In this document: positions 63,726-64,000 of the stretch, in pieces
Layout: each line of letters begins with the position of its first letter
How positions within the stretch are numbered: position 1 is the stretch's first letter
Source of the DNA: an uncultured Candidatus Saccharibacteria bacterium
Lineage (GTDB): Bacteria; Patescibacteriota; Minisyncoccia; Phycocordibacterales; UBA1550
DNA: 64,000 nt
Assembly: GCA_964457625.1 (NCBI GenBank)
Contig: CAYWES010000001.1
Coordinates: 17,725-81,724, forward strand
Reading direction: 5' to 3'
Notes under the pieces: generated by a model
Told to the model about the DNA's origin: nothing
Database searches by the model: none
Seen by the model: only the letters and a program-made list of their open reading frames with translations
Program-made: the position numbers and the translations under genes

Positions 63726-63762
63726 AAAAAGAGGATATTATTCAAATAATTTCCTCTTTTTG
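63726..63762 (+). terminator. Rho-independent terminator after rpsI
   Basis: AAAAAGAGGA…TCCTCTTTTT followed by GTT. Confidence 0.65.
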
Positions 63763-63817
63763 TTCAAAATTTTTTCAATGTGAGTTTATGTGATACGATA
63801 AAAATCTAATTGAGTAT

Positions 63818-64000
63818 ATGCGTATGAATAAGAATACACATCATGAAGAAAATGAGAAAGTTGAAAATATTGACAGCAAAAACGATGATATGTATAGTGA
63901 TGAAATCCAGATTGAAGACATCACGTCTGAGGAGACTATAGAGGCTCTCCAGAAAAAAATGCGCGAAAAACTTCGCGTCTGCGAACAAGAAAAAAAGGAA
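63818..64000 (+). CDS. partial gene, GrpE-like N-terminus (runs off the window)
   Basis: ATG at 63818, open to the window end. Acidic N-terminus then ETIEALQKKMREKLRVCEQEKKE, reminiscent of the GrpE N-terminal coiled coil. The antisense track ORF was rejected. Confidence 0.4.
   Translation, partial: MRMNKNTHHEENEKVENIDSKNDDMYSDEIQIEDITSEETIEALQKKMREKLRVCEQEKKE

Noticed and set aside
63806-63988. 60-aa minus-strand ORF at the right edge.
   Set aside because: The plus strand has an ATG-initiated frame, open to the window end, with a GrpE-like acidic coiled-coil N-terminus. The minus ORF is hydrophobic and low in complexity.
1-64000. Alternative genetic code (UGA recoding), CRISPR arrays, DGR or retron elements, and transposons.
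   Set aside because: TGA terminates well-conserved genes at their expected ends (dnaG, mltG, mnmA). I saw no spaced direct-repeat array, no reverse transcriptase, and no transposase or terminal inverted repeats.

Overview
The window is a compact, mostly housekeeping bacterial fragment with short intergenic spacers and standard stop-codon usage (TGA ends dnaG, mltG and mnmA). The gene content looks like a reduced-genome Patescibacteria/CPR-type organism. This is inference only, based on a short IF-2, an AlaRS without a C-Ala domain, a DUF5671-like protein, a sigma-region-4/HARE-HTH protein and pilin-like paralog arrays.

Content I can support:
- About 70 protein genes. These include infB-rbfA, clpB, rpoB-rpoC-dnaG-rpoD, the infA-rpmJ-rpsM-rpsK-rpsD-rpoA-rplQ-rplM-rpsI block, rpsB-tsf, prfA, leuS, alaS, a znuABC-like transporter, ychF, engB, mnmA, miaA and mltG.
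- Two small ribosomal protein genes missing from the ORF track: rpmG and rpmJ.
- A partial grpE-like gene at the right edge.
- Nine tRNAs: Leu-CAG, Leu-TAG, Lys-CTT, Leu-TAA, Cys-GCA, Tyr-GTA, Trp-CCA and Leu-CAA.
- Many long perfect-hairpin terminators and several sigma70-like promoters.

Observations most worth a second look:
1. A complete Nudix hydrolase domain with a perfect Nudix box is inserted inside leucyl-tRNA synthetase.
2. A roughly 220-nt structured, terminator-bounded element derived from tRNA-Tyr lies between tRNA-Tyr and rpmG.
3. A G11 homopolymer sits in the promoter spacer of a DUF805 surface-protein gene, which suggests phase variation.
4. Four VirB2/TrbC-like pilin paralogs form a tandem array at the left edge.
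5. Extended -10 boxes recur 5-8 nt upstream of start codons, which implies leaderless mRNAs.
6. An AT-richer accessory islet next to tRNA-Trp carries a GIY-YIG protein.

I found no CRISPR array, integrase, transposase or reverse transcriptase. All family assignments come from reading motifs by eye; no database searches were run.
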